Part shown: piece after piece, positions 37,265-51,650 of the stretch | Numbering within the stretch: position 1 is the first letter of the stretch | Layout of the letters: each line of letters begins with the position of its first letter | NCBI GenBank assembly: GCA_964016885.1 | Contig: OZ024742.1 | Location: 260,648,001 to 260,712,000, forward strand | Source: Eledone cirrhosa | Taxonomy: Eukaryota | Direction: 5' to 3' | DNA: 64,000 nucleotides | Position numbers and translations under genes: made by a program | The notes under the pieces: generated by a model | What the model was told of the DNA's origin: nothing | What the model saw: only the letters and a program-made list of their open reading frames with translations | Databases searched by the model: none

Positions 37265-38881
37265 AGCATTCATATATTTTACACATTTCTTCCTTATATA
37301 TTTACATTTCTACTCCATCCTCACTATTCCTGCTCCTTACACAATCCTGTTTTCTACCTCGTCATTTAAACTCCGTAGTTAATGTAGTTTTCATAAAATA
37401 TGTTATTTTATTTATTCCAATTCTTTCAACTACCTCCTCTATTTTATCCATGTTATTTATTCTTGTTTCGTGTTCCCTTCAACGATGTGGTTTTTCATTG
37501 CCCACGTTGTTTCCTATTTGTTTTATAAAAATACATCAAAATACAATGGTACAGTTAGTGATTCGTTACATTTCTGAGGGATCGAGTGAGACGAGGACTT
37601 AGTTCATAGTTCACTACACAGCATTCTTTTAATCATTTAAAATGTAACGCCTAACAAGATAAAAAGCTGGCCAGGTCGTCCCAGTTTCTATACAAACGGA
37701 GAAGTAATGTCTGTTGTAAAGGTGAATGCCAGCCAGTAGCATAGGTGTTAGATTGTCGGATGATCATAAGGTTATAGCTGAGATTTCTGGACCCTGGTTG
37801 TGAATTGTGTTCTTAAACAAAACGCTTCATTGCATTTTGCTTTTCACAGTAGGACCGAGGACTCTTGATTTAAAACACCCAGGAAACGAATAAAATGCAA
37901 TTTTGTATGAGGCCAGCTAAACCTACATATAACTGTGATTGTACCCATATGAAAATACTCGAGAAACTTATGGGATAGAACCTCATAGGAATCCAGCTAA
38001 ACATACATAAGTGTAAACTATAAATTTCATTTCATTAGAGCAAATCTAAAATTGTATCATCATCATCTACTTAGAGAAAACCATAAGTATCAAGAGAAAA
38101 GTAATTGTATGCCATTATTCGTCGTATAATCATAATTGAGGGTTCCAGTAAAGTGAAACTGAAATTTTGAAAACAAAGTGTAGCCATCTACTTTGTATTT
38201 ATTCTGATGTAGATATATATTTTACTTTACTGGGATTACGTGGAAGATAAAGGAATTTTAGGATGTTTTAATGTTCTGTAGACCAAGATATAGTGACCAG
38301 TAGTCATCTATGAATGTCTACATGCCAACATCCACGTCATCCATTTCCACCACATCTCTATACCAAAGTGTCTTTTCTCTGTAAATATTTTCTGGCTGTT
38401 TCTTACTATTCTAACTTTAATATCCCTGGTCAAATATCTTCTCTTCAATGATCTTCATGTTAACACTTCATTGTCCCTTATGTCATATGTTGTCTTTTTA
38501 TTTCAGGTTATCTGATGATGTTGAAATCAACATATCAATTTTTGAAGGATAAAAATATTTTCATCAGCCTGTTGTACGCCTGTTTCTCCAACTCTTGGTT
38601 AAATGGATATGGAATATTTCCTTGAGATTGAGATTATTTACAATACCTTTATTGACTATGAATGGATAACTTTAGAGATTTAGATGAAACTGGGATTATT
38701 TAACATAATGTTTTAACTATCTTGTCCGTAAAGATTTCCATATCTGGATATATCTTCGTAGCTGGAGCTAGTTTAATGATCCTTTAGTTGCTGATTATTA
38801 ATTACAATATTTCTATCCTAAAAGGTCAATTTGAAGACATCACCAGACTTAAAAAAGACCAAATCTACACTAAAATAGAAA

Positions 38882-39967
38882 ATGAATGAGAAAGTACAGC
38901 CTGAGAATATTGATACATCTATTCAAAAGCAGAAAAGTAGAGTTGGGAAATCATATACTTGTAATATATGTGGGGAATTATTCACAGCAAGAAGGCATTT
39001 AATTGAACATAGATTTATTCACTCTGTCTCCAAAGTGTACAACTGTGAAGTTTGTGGCAAAAGATTCACTCGCAACAGCTTGTTAACTCGTCACAAACAA
39101 ATTCATACAAGAGAAAGACCATATCACTGTGATTTCTGTGATGAAAAATTTTCTAGGAGTGGTCATTTATCTCGACACAGACATATTCACACAGGAGAAA
39201 AACCATACCGTTGTGATGTATGTGGTAAATCATTTTCTCAAAGTGGTACTTTATCTACACACAAACATATCCACACAGGAGAGAAGCCATACCAATGTGA
39301 TATCTGTGAGGACAGATTTTCGACAAGGGGTCAATTGTCTAACCACAAACGTATTCACACAGGAGAAAGACCATATCAATGTGATATCTGTAGTAAAACA
39401 TTTTCTAGAAGTGGTCATTTGTCTTCCCACAAACTTATCCACACAGGAGAAAGACCATATCACTGTGATATATGTGGTAAAACATTTTCTAGAAGTGGGG
39501 ATTTGTCTTCTCACAAACATATTCACTCAGGAGAGAAGCCATATCACTGTGATGTTTGTGGTACAACATTCTCTCAAAGTGGTAGTTTATCTCAACACAA
39601 ACGTATTCACACAGGAGAGAAACCATACCAATGTGATATCTGTGATAAAACATTTTCTACAAAGAGTCACTTGTCTTCCCACATACGAACCCACACAGGA
39701 GAAAGACCTTACCACTGTGATATCTGTGGTAAAACATTTACTCAAAGTGGTAGTTTATCTCAACACAAACCTACCCACACAGGGGAAAGACCATACAATT
39801 GTGATATCTGTTCTAAAACATTTTCTACAAATCGTAATTTAACTCGACACAAGCGTACTCACACTGAAGAAAAACCATATCACTGTGGTATCTGTGATGA
39901 ATCATTTTCGACGAGGGGTCGTTTGTCCTCCCACATACGCATCCACACAGGAGAAAGACCATCATAA
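38882..39967 (+). CDS. C2H2 zinc-finger protein, 361 aa, 12 fingers
   Basis: Intact ATG-to-stop ORF with 12 CxxC..HxxxH units and TGEKPY/TGERPY linkers. Confidence 0.93.
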   Translation: MNEKVQPENIDTSIQKQKSRVGKSYTCNICGELFTARRHLIEHRFIHSVSKVYNCEVCGKRFTRNSLLTRHKQIHTRERPYHCDFCDEKFSRSGHLSRHRHIHTGEKPYRCDVCGKSFSQSGTLSTHKHIHTGEKPYQCDICEDRFSTRGQLSNHKRIHTGERPYQCDICSKTFSRSGHLSSHKLIHTGERPYHCDICGKTFSRSGDLSSHKHIHSGEKPYHCDVCGTTFSQSGSLSQHKRIHTGEKPYQCDICDKTFSTKSHLSSHIRTHTGERPYHCDICGKTFTQSGSLSQHKPTHTGERPYNCDICSKTFSTNRNLTRHKRTHTEEKPYHCGICDESFSTRGRLSSHIRIHTGERPS

Positions 39968-41229
39968 TTTTGTAATCGCTTTGGTAAAACATGAAGTTCA
40001 TAACACAAATATATTCATATAAGAGAAAGATCATACCACTCTAATAACTGTGGTGTGCCTTTTTCTAGAAGTGATAATCTTAATTCACCACAAGCATATT
40101 CACATATGAAAGAAACCATAGCTATTATGTAATATCTATGGCAATGTAACTGGTCAGTTGAATATTTCAGGGATTTTGTTAACTACCCCTGTACATCTAG
40201 AGTCTCAGTCCTATACCATACTGTCACACTACCCCTACCTAGTGTGTACCTTACTCCTGTGCATCTAGAATATCTGAAGTCCCAGTCTTCTGCAAATTAT
40301 TATGTCATTCTTTTAGTAATACTCCATTTGTGCATCAAACCATTCTCATTTCCATTCTGTCCAGCCTTCTCTACTATTTCATCTTCATAACCCATATCTC
40401 ACTCCCATAAATCATAGCACTGAATGTGGATGCAATAGTCTGGATTTTACCATTTCCTTTTTATTAACATTACTACAACAGGAATAAATTAAAACACAAT
40501 TCTATATAATGTTTTCTTTCTTTATATTTTGTTAATGTTTTACATCTCCTTTTTTCCTCGCAATCTTGCATTGATTGGTTGAAGCTCAGAGCTTATCCTG
40601 GATTCTTGACTGTTACGTGATTAAGAGTACACAACTTACCACTGAACAGGATACCAATCCGTCACAGGGCTGATATTGCAGCTGCTGCTACTACTCATTT
40701 CCAGTTGAATGAACAAGCTTCATGAAATTCCCAATCTTGGAATCAAACCTATAATGTTATAAACATGAGCCCAATACCCTAACCTCTAGATCATATGCTT
40801 TATGATTACTACAAGGTAGTTATGTATGACATAACTTCTTCCCCCTCAAGAGTTAAAGTAATTGGCCAATCAAATTCACACTTGTAGAAAACAAAACTCC
40901 CAGTTTGGTTTAAAATTCAATGCATGTATTTATACTGGCTATATATATATATAGAGAGAGATATATAGATATATGTGTATATGCTTGTGTCTATGATTAC
41001 TGTTTATGTCCTATAATTTAATGATTCGACAAAAAGAGACCAATAAAATAAGTACAAGTCCTGAAAAGATAAGTTCCACAGTCAATATGATTGACTGAAT
41101 CAAGGTGGTGCCTCAGTCTCATGATTAAAACCAGTAAAAGAATAACCTGACCAGTGGGAATGGACTATAAATTAAAGGTGAGAGGGACAAAGTCTGTGCT
41201 TTGTGCGTTAATAAAGCAACGAATTTGGG

Positions 41230-41890
41230 CAGAATTCTTAGAATGTCGGATAAAATGATTTGTGGTATTCATTTGGTCTCTTTGCACTCAGAGTTCAAAT
41301 CCTGCTGAGGTCAACTTTGCATTTCTTCCTTTCAAGTTAGATAAAGTACCAGTCCAGTACAGCACTGGAGCTGATTCTTCTTTCTTACTTTTCTCTGTCT
41401 CTTTGGAAGAAATTAGCTTTGTTTAAACCTGGAGATGGATGATTTCCACTAAGTTCCAATGTCCAAGATGTAATGTATATTGCAATGGCAACCCTACGAC
41501 ACCAGCAGGAGTTAATGGGTGGTATGCAGGTTTCATGAGTGTTTGAAAATAGAAAATTTAACAATATTTCATAATTTAGATATTTTCATAGAGTTTGGTT
41601 TTAGTTATTAACAAATACCTTTAGGTTGGGCTTCTATCAAACCACATCTACTGGGGACTTACACTCATAGGTCATTTACACCAGTGGTCCCTCATTTGAG
41701 AATTTCAGAAAAAGCGCATGGCCTGCAATTTTGGGGAGAAGGGAAAATTGATCCCAATACTTGATTGGTACTCCAATTTATTGATACAGGAAAGATGAAA
41801 GGTAAGATTGATCTCAGCTTAATTTTGAACTCAGAATATAAATGACTGCATTTTGTTTGATGTAACAATTCTGCCAATTCACTGCCTTCT
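41230..41890. mobile_element. Two old SINE B-related copies (41230-41370 +, 41690-41890 -)
   Basis: gagttcaaatcctgctgaggtcaactttgc; gatgaaaggtaagattga..tttgaactcag. Confidence 0.55.
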
Positions 41891-42039
41891 TAACATTTAT
41901 TAATGAAAGTATTTGATTATGTGTTGAATATCATTTTGTACTTCAGGGTGGTGACAATAAATCAAGGAGAGCTGTTTGAATAGTAGTCAACATGGTGTTT
42001 CTTTTCATTTACATGAGTTTAGAATTGATAGACAACTTC

Positions 42040-42950
42040 TTCCTGCCTTCAAGTCCTTACACAAATGCCCTAGTATTTGTGTTTAGATAAATGGTGTTAA
42101 GTTGAAACCATTTAATGTGGGTGTCAGATTCAAAAGAGGTGTGTACTGCCACCTCTACTGTTCATAATCTTCATGAACAGGATTAACATGTGCAGCCAGG
42201 TTGGAAGTCATATCAAAACCAAAGTGAAAAGGATTAGCTGGAATTTTCAGATAACATGATACTGCTTAACTTGTTGGAAGGTGACCTCCAACATGCACTG
42301 CATAGGTTCACTGCTGGGTGTTGCACAGTAGAAATAAAATCAGTGCTACAATGACTAAGACACTCCTCTCAAGGAAGCCTGTAACGCTGAAGCAGGTGAA
42401 ATTCTAGTGTCTCAGAACTATTTTCAAGAATGATGGAGGGTAGGAGACTAAATGAAAAGTAAGAATTGCTGGAGCTGATGCAGTAATGTACCAGCTTCAA
42501 CACTGTCATCAGAAAGGATTAGGTGTAAAAGCAACACATGCTATCTTCAATTCAGTGTTTATGCCAACGCTTATGGTCATGAATCTTGGGTAATGACAAA
42601 AGGAATACGATCGTGAATACAAGTGACCAAAATGGGGTTTCTTCAGTAACATTATCTGATAATGTGCATAGCTTTAAGATCAGGGAGTCGCCCCAGGTAG
42701 AGTTGCTATTTCTCTGAATTGCGGGATCACAACAATGATACTAAGGATATGTGGTTAGAATGTCTAACAAAAGAATTGATGGATAGATTTTATGGGCAAA
42801 GCAAATTGGCAGGAGACCCAGTGGTAGACCATGAGCAATATCATTTGGAGATGGTTGCTTCTGATATTACCCTCAGGAAGGTGTGTCTGAGGACACACAA
42901 ACACACAACCTTTCCAAGAATAAATGGGTTAAGAAGAATTTTTTTCTAAA
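42040..42950 (+). mobile_element. Heavily decayed RTE LINE RT/3' fragment
   Basis: PFNVGV..GCVLPPLLFIIFMNRI-like segment and ..YGHESWVM; homologous to the minus-strand copy at 48.9-49.8 kb. Confidence 0.65.
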
Positions 42951-43406
42951 AAGAAGCAGAAAGTAGGCAACACCTTCAGAGTTGCAAGTGTCTCTCAAAC
43001 GTAAGATATATTGGATTCTCAGCTTCAATATATGCTACTCTGCATCAGGAACTGGCAATTCAGCTACTTCTGCAGTAGTAGAACTTCATCCACATCCTTA
43101 CTGGAAATGAGATGATCTTACCTACAAGAGGGGAGCAAGCATGAATGGAAGAAAAAAAGCAAAGAGGCAGAAACGAGCTTTTACTTAGACTTAGGCCACC
43201 AAAATAGTTTGAGCAATGCAGTCTGGTCGCGGGATTCCAGAGAAAGTCTAACATTAACCAAGCATGAGATTTGACAACAATGAGGAAGGACTTACTATAT
43301 TTGAAGGGTTGAATACGGATAAGGATTACTATGTTTAGAAGGGTTGAATACGGTGTATAGCACTCTTTAGTGTTTTGAGGTAAGTTTTTCCCACACGATG
43401 GCAGAA

Positions 43407-43668
43407 ACTTCCGGTATGACTTCTACATGTAAATGTTCAACCACAACAAATGTATTATTTTTTTTATATACATTTATTTCCATTGTGTTAGTAATATCTA
43501 ATTGACTCCTGTAGTTAACTTAAAGGGATTGTCATGAACCCGAAGAAGAAGAAAGTAGAAATATCAAGTAAAAAGTAGCTAATAGTTCAGCTTAATATAT
43601 TATGTTCATTAAATATCAAGTGTCACAACTTGAGTATTTTTATCTTATACCTACGGTGTTATGTAAGT
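43407..43668 (+). promoter_or_regulatory. Putative ZNF promoter motif plus non-coding exon 1 and donor
   Basis: ACTTCCGGT at 43407-43415, donor GTAAGT at 43663, acceptor ttcag|gttatctgatg at 44164/44165. Confidence 0.65.
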
Positions 43669-44511
43669 AACATTCATATATTTTACACATTTATTTTATA
43701 GAAAACCTCTCTTTTATATTTACATTTCAACTTCATCTACACCGTTCCTGATCCCAGCAAGATCCCGTATTTTATTTATTTTTATGCATTCTCTCATTTA
43801 AATTCCGTAATTAATCTAGTTTTCAAGAAATATATTTTATTTATTCTAACTCCTTCAACTGTCGATTTTCATTGTTCACACCGTCTCCTCTTTGGTTTAT
43901 AAACAGAAATATGGTAATGTACTGAATTGAAAAACGTTACATATCTAGGTGAATTATTAAGTACCTATGACACGGTGTCTTCATCACGCCAATAGTCATC
44001 ATCATCCATTTACACATCATATCTATACCAGAGTATCTTTTCTCTGTAAATATCTTCTGGTTGTTTCTTGCTATCTTTCAATATCTCTGGTCAAATAACT
44101 TCTCTTTGATACTCTTCATGTTAACTGTTCCTTATCCTTTATGTCATGTTTTTTTTAATTTCAGGTTATCTGATGATGTTGAAATAAATATATCAAGTTT
44201 TGAAGAGTAAAAGTATCTTCATCAGCCTGAAGTCAGCCTATTTCTCCAACTCTTGGTTGAATAGATATAAAATATTTCCTTAAAATTTTGATTAAACTTG
44301 TATTAATTATCCTATTTTAAACTATCTTATGTGTAACGACTTTCATATCTGGATATATCTTGTTAATTGGTACTAATTTAATGATCCTTTAGTTGCTGAT
44401 TTTTAATTACATTCTATCCTAAAAAAATCCATGACAACATCTGTCTTAACAACCAAGATATCTTCTGACTTTAACAAGGACCATCATATATATATAGATT
44501 AAAAGAAAGTT

Positions 44512-46246
44512 ATGGATGAGAAAACTCTGGCTGAAAATAGTGATTTATCAACTGAAACAGAGGAGAAATTACACCCTTGTGATATCGTTGGGAAGTTGTT
44601 CACAATAAGAAAGAATTTAATTCAACATAAATTAATTCATTCAGAAACCAAAATGTACCACTGTGAAGTTAGTGATAAAATATTGCCTGGCAACAGTGTG
44701 TTAATTTAACATAAAAAATCCACACAGGAGAAAAACTATATCAGTGTTATATTTGTGATGAAACATTTTCTACTGTAAGTCAGTTGACATCCCATGTATG
44801 TATTCAAACAAACGAAAGGCCATATCGCTGTGATATCTGTGGGAAAACATTTTCTAGTCATGGTCAGTTAACTTCCCACAAATTTATACACTCAGAGGAA
44901 AGACCATTTCATTGTGATATTTGTAGTCAAACATTTTCTAGGAGTGGCCATTTGATCAACCACAAACGTATCCACACAGGAGAAAGACCATATGAATGTG
45001 ATATCTGTGGTAAAACATTTTTAGAATTAGCAAATTGTCTTCACACAAGCTTATTCACACAGGAGGAAAATCATATCACTGTGATATCTGTGGTAAGAGA
45101 TACTCTAAAATGGCTGAATTGACTGCTCACAAACGTATCCATTCAGGGAAAGGAACATACCACTGTCATATCTGTGATAAAATATTTTCGAAAAGAACTG
45201 ATTTGTCTTCCCACAAATATATTCACTCAGAAGGACTAACATACCACTGTGATACAACATTCTCTCAAAGTGGTAGTTTATCTCAACACAAACGTGTTCA
45301 CATAGGAGAAAAACTATATCAGTGTTATATGTGTGATGAAACATTTTCTACTGTAAGTCAGTTGACATCCCATGTATGTATTCAAACAAACGAAAGGCCA
45401 TATCGCTGTGATATCTGTGGGAAAACATTTTCTAGGCATGGTCAGTTAACTTCCCACAAATTTATACACTCAGGGGAAAGACCATTCCATTGTGATATTT
45501 GTGGTCAAACATTTTCTAGGAGTGGCCATTTGATCAACCACAAACGTATCCACACAGGAGAAAGACCATATGAGTGTGATATTTGTGGTAAAACATTTTC
45601 TAGAATTAGCGAATTGTCTTCACACAAGCTTATTCACACAGGAGGAAAATCATATCACTGTGATATCTGTGATAAGAGATACTCTAAAATTGCTGAATTG
45701 TCTGCTCACAAACGTATCCATTCAGGAAAAGGACCATACTATTGTCATATCTGTGATAAAATGTTTTTGAAAAGAGCTGATTTGTCTTCCCACAAATATA
45801 TTCACTCAGGAGGACGAACATACCACTGTGATATCTGTGATACAACATTCTCTCAAAGTGGTAGTTTATCTCAACACAAACGTGTTCACACAGGAGAAAA
45901 ACCATACCAGTGTCATGTTTGTAATAAAAAGTTTTCTACAAGCAGTTATTTGACTACACACAAACGTACTCACACAGGAGAAAAACCATATCACTGTGAT
46001 ATCTGTAGTAAAACATTCACTCGAAGTAGTACTTTATATCAACATAAAGCTATCCACACAGGTGATAAACCTTATCATTGTGATATTTGTGGTAAAACAT
46101 TTTCTACGACCCGTAATGTAACTCGTCATAAACACATCCACATCGGAAAAAAACCATACCACTGTGTTGTCTGTGATGAATCATTTTCTACAAGGAGCCG
46201 TTTATCTTCCCATATACGTACTCACACAGGAGAAAAACCATTATAA
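44512..46246 (+). pseudogene. Disrupted C2H2 zinc-finger gene with an internal 7-finger tandem duplication
   Basis: Starts MDEK like 54784. TAA at 44707, frameshifts at ~44715 and ~45021. 45035-46246 remains open. Confidence 0.85.
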
Positions 46247-47732
46247 CTCTGTGGTAAAATATTTTCCACATGCATAGTCACACAGGAGAAAGGCCATCAT
46301 AACATTGTGATATCAGTGGTAAAACATTCTCTCAAAGTGATAGTTTACTTCAATATAAACCTACTCAGAGAGGAGAAAGACCATATCATTGTGATATCTA
46401 TGGTAAAATATTTTCTACAAGTAATAGTATATTTGATAATAAATGAATTTGTTTTTGTACATCAGTGTCATTGTTTTGTTACACCATTGTTTAAGGTGGT
46501 GAATTGGTAGACTTGTTAAAGTTTCTGTTACAGCTCTGTGTTTTGAGTTCAGATCCTACTGCCTGTCACCAGACGGCTTGCAATAAAAGTGGCAACTCAA
46601 TGTAGTAAAGCAACTGTTAGAAAAAGCTATGAAGTCAAAGCTTTGTCAATGCTTCACCTTCCCAGGGGATTGGATGAAACACCACTACTATACCACTGAC
46701 ATCATCATGATTAATGTTCATTATTCATTACCGGTAGTCTATCTTAAATCTTATTACATCTAATATATACACTGGTGTGTATATATATTTTTACAAAAAT
46801 AAGTCCAACCTTTGCTAGCAGGGAAAACGAATGTTAAATGTATTTATTTCAAACTAGTTTATTCCGATTAGTGTCCTTATCATGGTTGTTATAATCATGT
46901 TTCAGCTGTTGTATCCTTCCGCCTTCTTCAGGTGCCTTTTGCTTTCAGTAATGTACTCAGGGGGGAATAACTGATTAAGTAATGAGCCATCCAACCCATG
47001 GAAGAGTGGACGTTAAATGATGAAGGAAAACAAGGGGGTGTGTGTCTTGGTGAATATTCAGTTGCAGTTTATAAAATGTACAACCTTAGATGCCTCTATT
47101 TCACCAAGAATAAAGAATACAAAAAAATGGAGGAGGCTTTGCATTTAGACAAGCTGGCATTTCAATCCTTTCATTATCATATTTCTAATGAAAGATTCTT
47201 CCTGTGATTTTGAAAATAATAATTCAGATTGATTTAGTAAAATAACTAACTTTTTAAGCTGGCATTTCAAACATGACTTAACAAAGGTTCTTACATGATG
47301 GTACTTAGATAAATATAAACATTTAAAAATAACTGTTGTATCAAAAGGAGTAAAAAAACAGAATCTTTATGGGTATGGGCAATTTATTTTCTTACGACAA
47401 TAATTTCTATCATAGACTCAGGGTCACAATTCTTTTGGGGGGCTGGGTTGGGATGATGAAATATATATCCTGTATGTCACTAATATTTAAGTCCAGACCA
47501 AGTGGCACAATTATTATTGTGGATAGACTAGAGTGGCACAATTATTGTTGTGGACAAACTGATTGTTAAGGAAGACAGGTAATATAGGGAAGCTAAATAC
47601 TTCACCACCACTAAAGAAAAAAAAAGAAATAGTGCTCTGCTTGTACACAATACATAGTTGTTTGATTAAATGAATGCACTATACATGCTATGATAGGTGT
47701 ATACATGCACTATTGTGTGTATATATATATAT

Positions 47733-48885
47733 AATTGTTTAGAAATGAATGCACGTTATATATTTATATTAACATTTTTTTTAATGAATAAAAACTTTTG
47801 CTAGATGTGTAAAATTGTCTATCATTTTAAAGCTTATTTTATGTTCTTTAATTCGTTATAATCCATTTTTAATATAAATTACATTTTTGTCAATTTTCAG
47901 ATCTTTGAATTTAAGATGTCTAAACAGGATTTTCCCCAAATATATTTCTACGAGATTAAACTCAGCTTCAGTGCAGTACAGACAGCTAGAAACATCAAAG
48001 AAGTGTTAATGAATGCACTGTGCAATGTTGGTTTCAAAAATTCTGTAGTGATGAATTCACTTTTGAAGATAAGGAAAGTTTCAGTTGTCCTTCTGCCATT
48101 GCCAACAATGAATTGAAGGCTTTGGTGGAAGCAAAACCTCACAAAACTGTTCAAGAGATTTCAGAAGAGCTAGATGTAAGCATTAGAACAATTTCTGAAT
48201 ATTTGTACTGAATTGGAAAATGGGTGTCTCACAAATTTGATGAGATTCAGAAAAATTGACATTAAGAAGTCTACTCTTCGCTTCTTTTGCATAGCAAAAA
48301 TGACCCATTTTTTAAAAAACACTGTGATATAATAAAACGTGGATCCTATACAACTCCCAACATTCAACATAGTAGTTAGACCAAGATGAAGCTCCTAAAC
48401 ATTACCCAAAGCTGAAGTTGCACCAAAAGAAGGCTGTAGTTACTGTTAGGTGGTCAAGTGTTGTCATAAAATCAATGAAATGTATAAAAAATTGCAGCGT
48501 ATATGTCCAGCATTTTTGCTCAATAGAAAATGTCTAATCTTGCACAATGCTTGACCTCACATTGCACAACCAATGCTTCAAAAATCAAAGGAATTAGGCC
48601 TTAAAACTGCCTTATCCAGCACACTCATTGTATGTTTCATAAACCAACAACTAGTTTTTCAAACTTCTTACAAGGAAAATTCTCCAACAACCGAAGAATT
48701 GAAAAAATGCCTTTGAAGAAGTCATCACCTCCAGGACTTCAGAATTCTGTGATACTAGAATAAATATACGTCTTGTTTGCAACAACGTGTAGATTCTAAT
48801 GGTTTTTATTTCAGTCAATAAAGTCTTTCCTGGACTGATATATGTCATTTTAAATTTAACCTTCATTAATTTCTAAACAACTTAA
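47733..48885 (+). mobile_element. Decayed mariner (Tc1/mariner) transposon
   Basis: Translated fragments YEIKLSFSAVQTARNI, WFQKFCSDEFTFED, ELKALVEAKPHKTVQEISEELDVS and KLHQKK. TIR remnants ttgtttagaaat / atttctaaacaa. Confidence 0.85.
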
Positions 48886-48911
48886 TACATATGTTTGGGT
48901 GCATGTTTGTA

Positions 48912-51650
48912 TCTTCTTCTTCACCCACTTATTCCAGGGAGGGTCATGTGGGCAGAATCCTCAAATACGCCTTCCAGCGAGTCCTGTCAGAAGCAAGTGT
49001 CTCCAATTGATCTGGCTGAAACCCTAGACAAGCTCATGGATGTTATCTAACCATCTTGCTCTGGGTTTCCTGCCAGCTAGTTTTGCCCGTAAAATCTGCC
49101 CAGCAATTCTTTCCCTGAGACATTGTAACCACATGCCTCTAGTAACAGAGCTATGCACTGTCAAGTAACATTACTCCAAAGACACTTTGGAGGAACCCCA
49201 TTTCAGCTGCTTGTATTTGCGATCATATTCTTTTGGTCATTACCCAAGATTCATGACAATAAAGTAAGGGTTGGCACGAATTCTGAATTGAAGAAAGCAA
49301 GTTTGACTTGTAGACCTACCTCCCTTCTTCTGATGACTGAATGCTGAAGCTGACAGTTTACTGCACCAGCTTGTTTAATTCAGGCTCCTACCTTCCATCA
49401 TGAACATGGCCCCGAGATACTTGAACTTTTCCACTTACTTCAGTGGAACTCCATTCACATGTATAGTGCACTGTGCAGGTCTCCTTGAAAGGGCGAGTGT
49501 CTCAGTATTTGCAGCACTGATTTTCATTCCAGCCATGCAGAGTGCGGCAGTGAATGTCAGAGATCATCTTCCAACAAGTAGTACCATGTCATCTGCAAAT
49601 TCCAACTGATCCTACACCCATAGGTTGTGATAACACTTCTAACTCAGCTGCTCATGTCAATCCTGTTCAAGAAGATTATGAACAGGAGAGGTGTCAGTAA
49701 GCACCCTTGGCGGAGTCCAACTCCCACATTGAATGGTTTTGATATAACACCATTTATCCGAACACATTTGTATAGAGATATCAGGGCAGCAAGAAGCTGA
49801 CCATCAATCCCATACACAACCTTCCATAGCAAGTCCCAAGGAACGCAGTCAAATGCCTTTTTAAGGTCGACAAAAAAGGAATATACATCTTGGCAATACT
49901 CCCACAATTTCTGAAAGACCTGCCACAGTGTAAATATATGGTCGGCTGAGCTGCATCTGGGGTGAAAATCGCAGTTCATCAGCTAGCTTGGACTCGACAA
50001 TCTCCCTGCATCTCTTTGCCAGACACTTAGCATAGACTTTACCAGGGTGGTTTAACAAGGAGATCACTATGTAATTGGAGCAATCTCTTTTCTCCCTTTT
50101 TGAAAATTAGGATTATCACATAGCCATTCCCTAGGTGTCTTTCCAGAGATCCAGGCTGCCCGAATCTGCCAGAGAATACTATCTCTATTTAAGGCTTTTA
50201 AAATCTTGGGCCAGATTTCATCTCCCCCAGTGGCCTTGCCACATTTACTCTTTAACTGCTCTTGTGACCTCAGCCTCTGAGAGATTAGTCACTGCTCCCA
50301 GATGCACCACATGTATATCAGATGCTGTTGTGATCGGGTTTAGATCAGCAAAGTACTTTCCATCTTGCAAGGATGCACCTTTCTGAAGAGAGGAGAATCT
50401 CAGTCACGTTCTTGATAGCAGGTGTGAAAGACGACTTCTTATTACAAAGTCGGCGGATGGTCTGCCAGAACACTTTATTTCCTGATCTGAAGTTGGATTC
50501 CAGCTTAACCCCAAAGTCCTCTCATATCTTAATTTTGGATGCATTTACTGTCTCTGCTGCGATTTTATGTTCCTGCTTGTACAAGGAGGACTTATTTCCA
50601 AGACAAGCTTTGTAAGCCTCCTTTGCTTGGATGGCATCTTTTACCTCTTGACTGAACCAAGGGGTCCTCTGCCATCCGGCGCCACACCAAGCCTCTCTCT
50701 CCTGCAGCATTTAACAGCTGAGCTGAACAATCTCCACTCTGTCTCAACGTCCTGTTTGCTCAGGGAGTTCTCTGAATTTGGATGCAATAGTATCTGCATA
50801 CCTGGTCCTAACTTCGTTATCCATCAATGGTTCCCACTTTAACCTGTAGGTTGCCCTTGATCTGCCGGTTTTGTGGGCTTCTTTGGCTTTAGGTAGTCTG
50901 AAGTTGCAGATATCTAGATGGTGATCAGTTGACAGCTCAACCCCTTTCTTAACACAAACATCCAGCATAGAATCAAAGAGGTCAGAGACAATAACAAAAT
51001 CAATTATTGATCTCTATCCCTGATTCCCCTTATACCATGTATATTTATGGATATTTCTGTGCTGGAAGAAGGTGTTCATAATCGAGTCCATTGCTCAACA
51101 GAAGTCTAATAAGGCCTCTCTATTCATATTTAGGTCAGAGTTGCCATTCCTTCCAATCACTCCTTTCCATATCAGGTGGTCAGTGCCAACATGTGCATTG
51201 AAGTTTCTAATCAGGATATATGACTCAGTCTTAACTACATCTAACGCTGCAGTGACTTCAAGGAAGAATCTGTATTCTATGTTTAGTGCATAAACTTGCA
51301 CCACCCATAGAGACCTATCTTTCTGCCTAAGCTTCAAGAGGCAAATCCTCTCCTAATGGGATCCAGTCTATAACACATTCTGACAGCCAGGGCCTGGTGA
51401 GTATCCACACTCCCACCTGTGCAGTCATTTTTGGCGCGACACTTGAATAGTGGTATTTCAATCCTCCAACCAAATCTACAGTATCAGAACCATGGAACTT
51501 TGTTGAGAGCTACAGATGTCACCCATTGCTCCATCTCCCCCTAGTAGTTTACCGGGGATGCTTATTCATCAGTTGCCTGCTTATATCAACTAACCATCAT
51601 ATCTGGTGGCTGTATTGCTATCTGCCACCTGCAACCCGTTCTCGAGAACA
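48912..51650 (-). mobile_element. Near full-length decayed RTE LINE (APE plus RT)
   Basis: VVQVYA, NFNAHVG, STDHHL, ISLLNHPGKVYAKCL, FVDLKKAFDCV, GLRQGCLLTPLLFIIF; (aag)n tail at ~48913. Confidence 0.85.

Noticed and set aside
39129-39842. Long alternative-frame ORFs over ZNF genes (also 53824-54303, 45570-45770)
   Set aside because: Shadow frames of repetitive zinc-finger codons.
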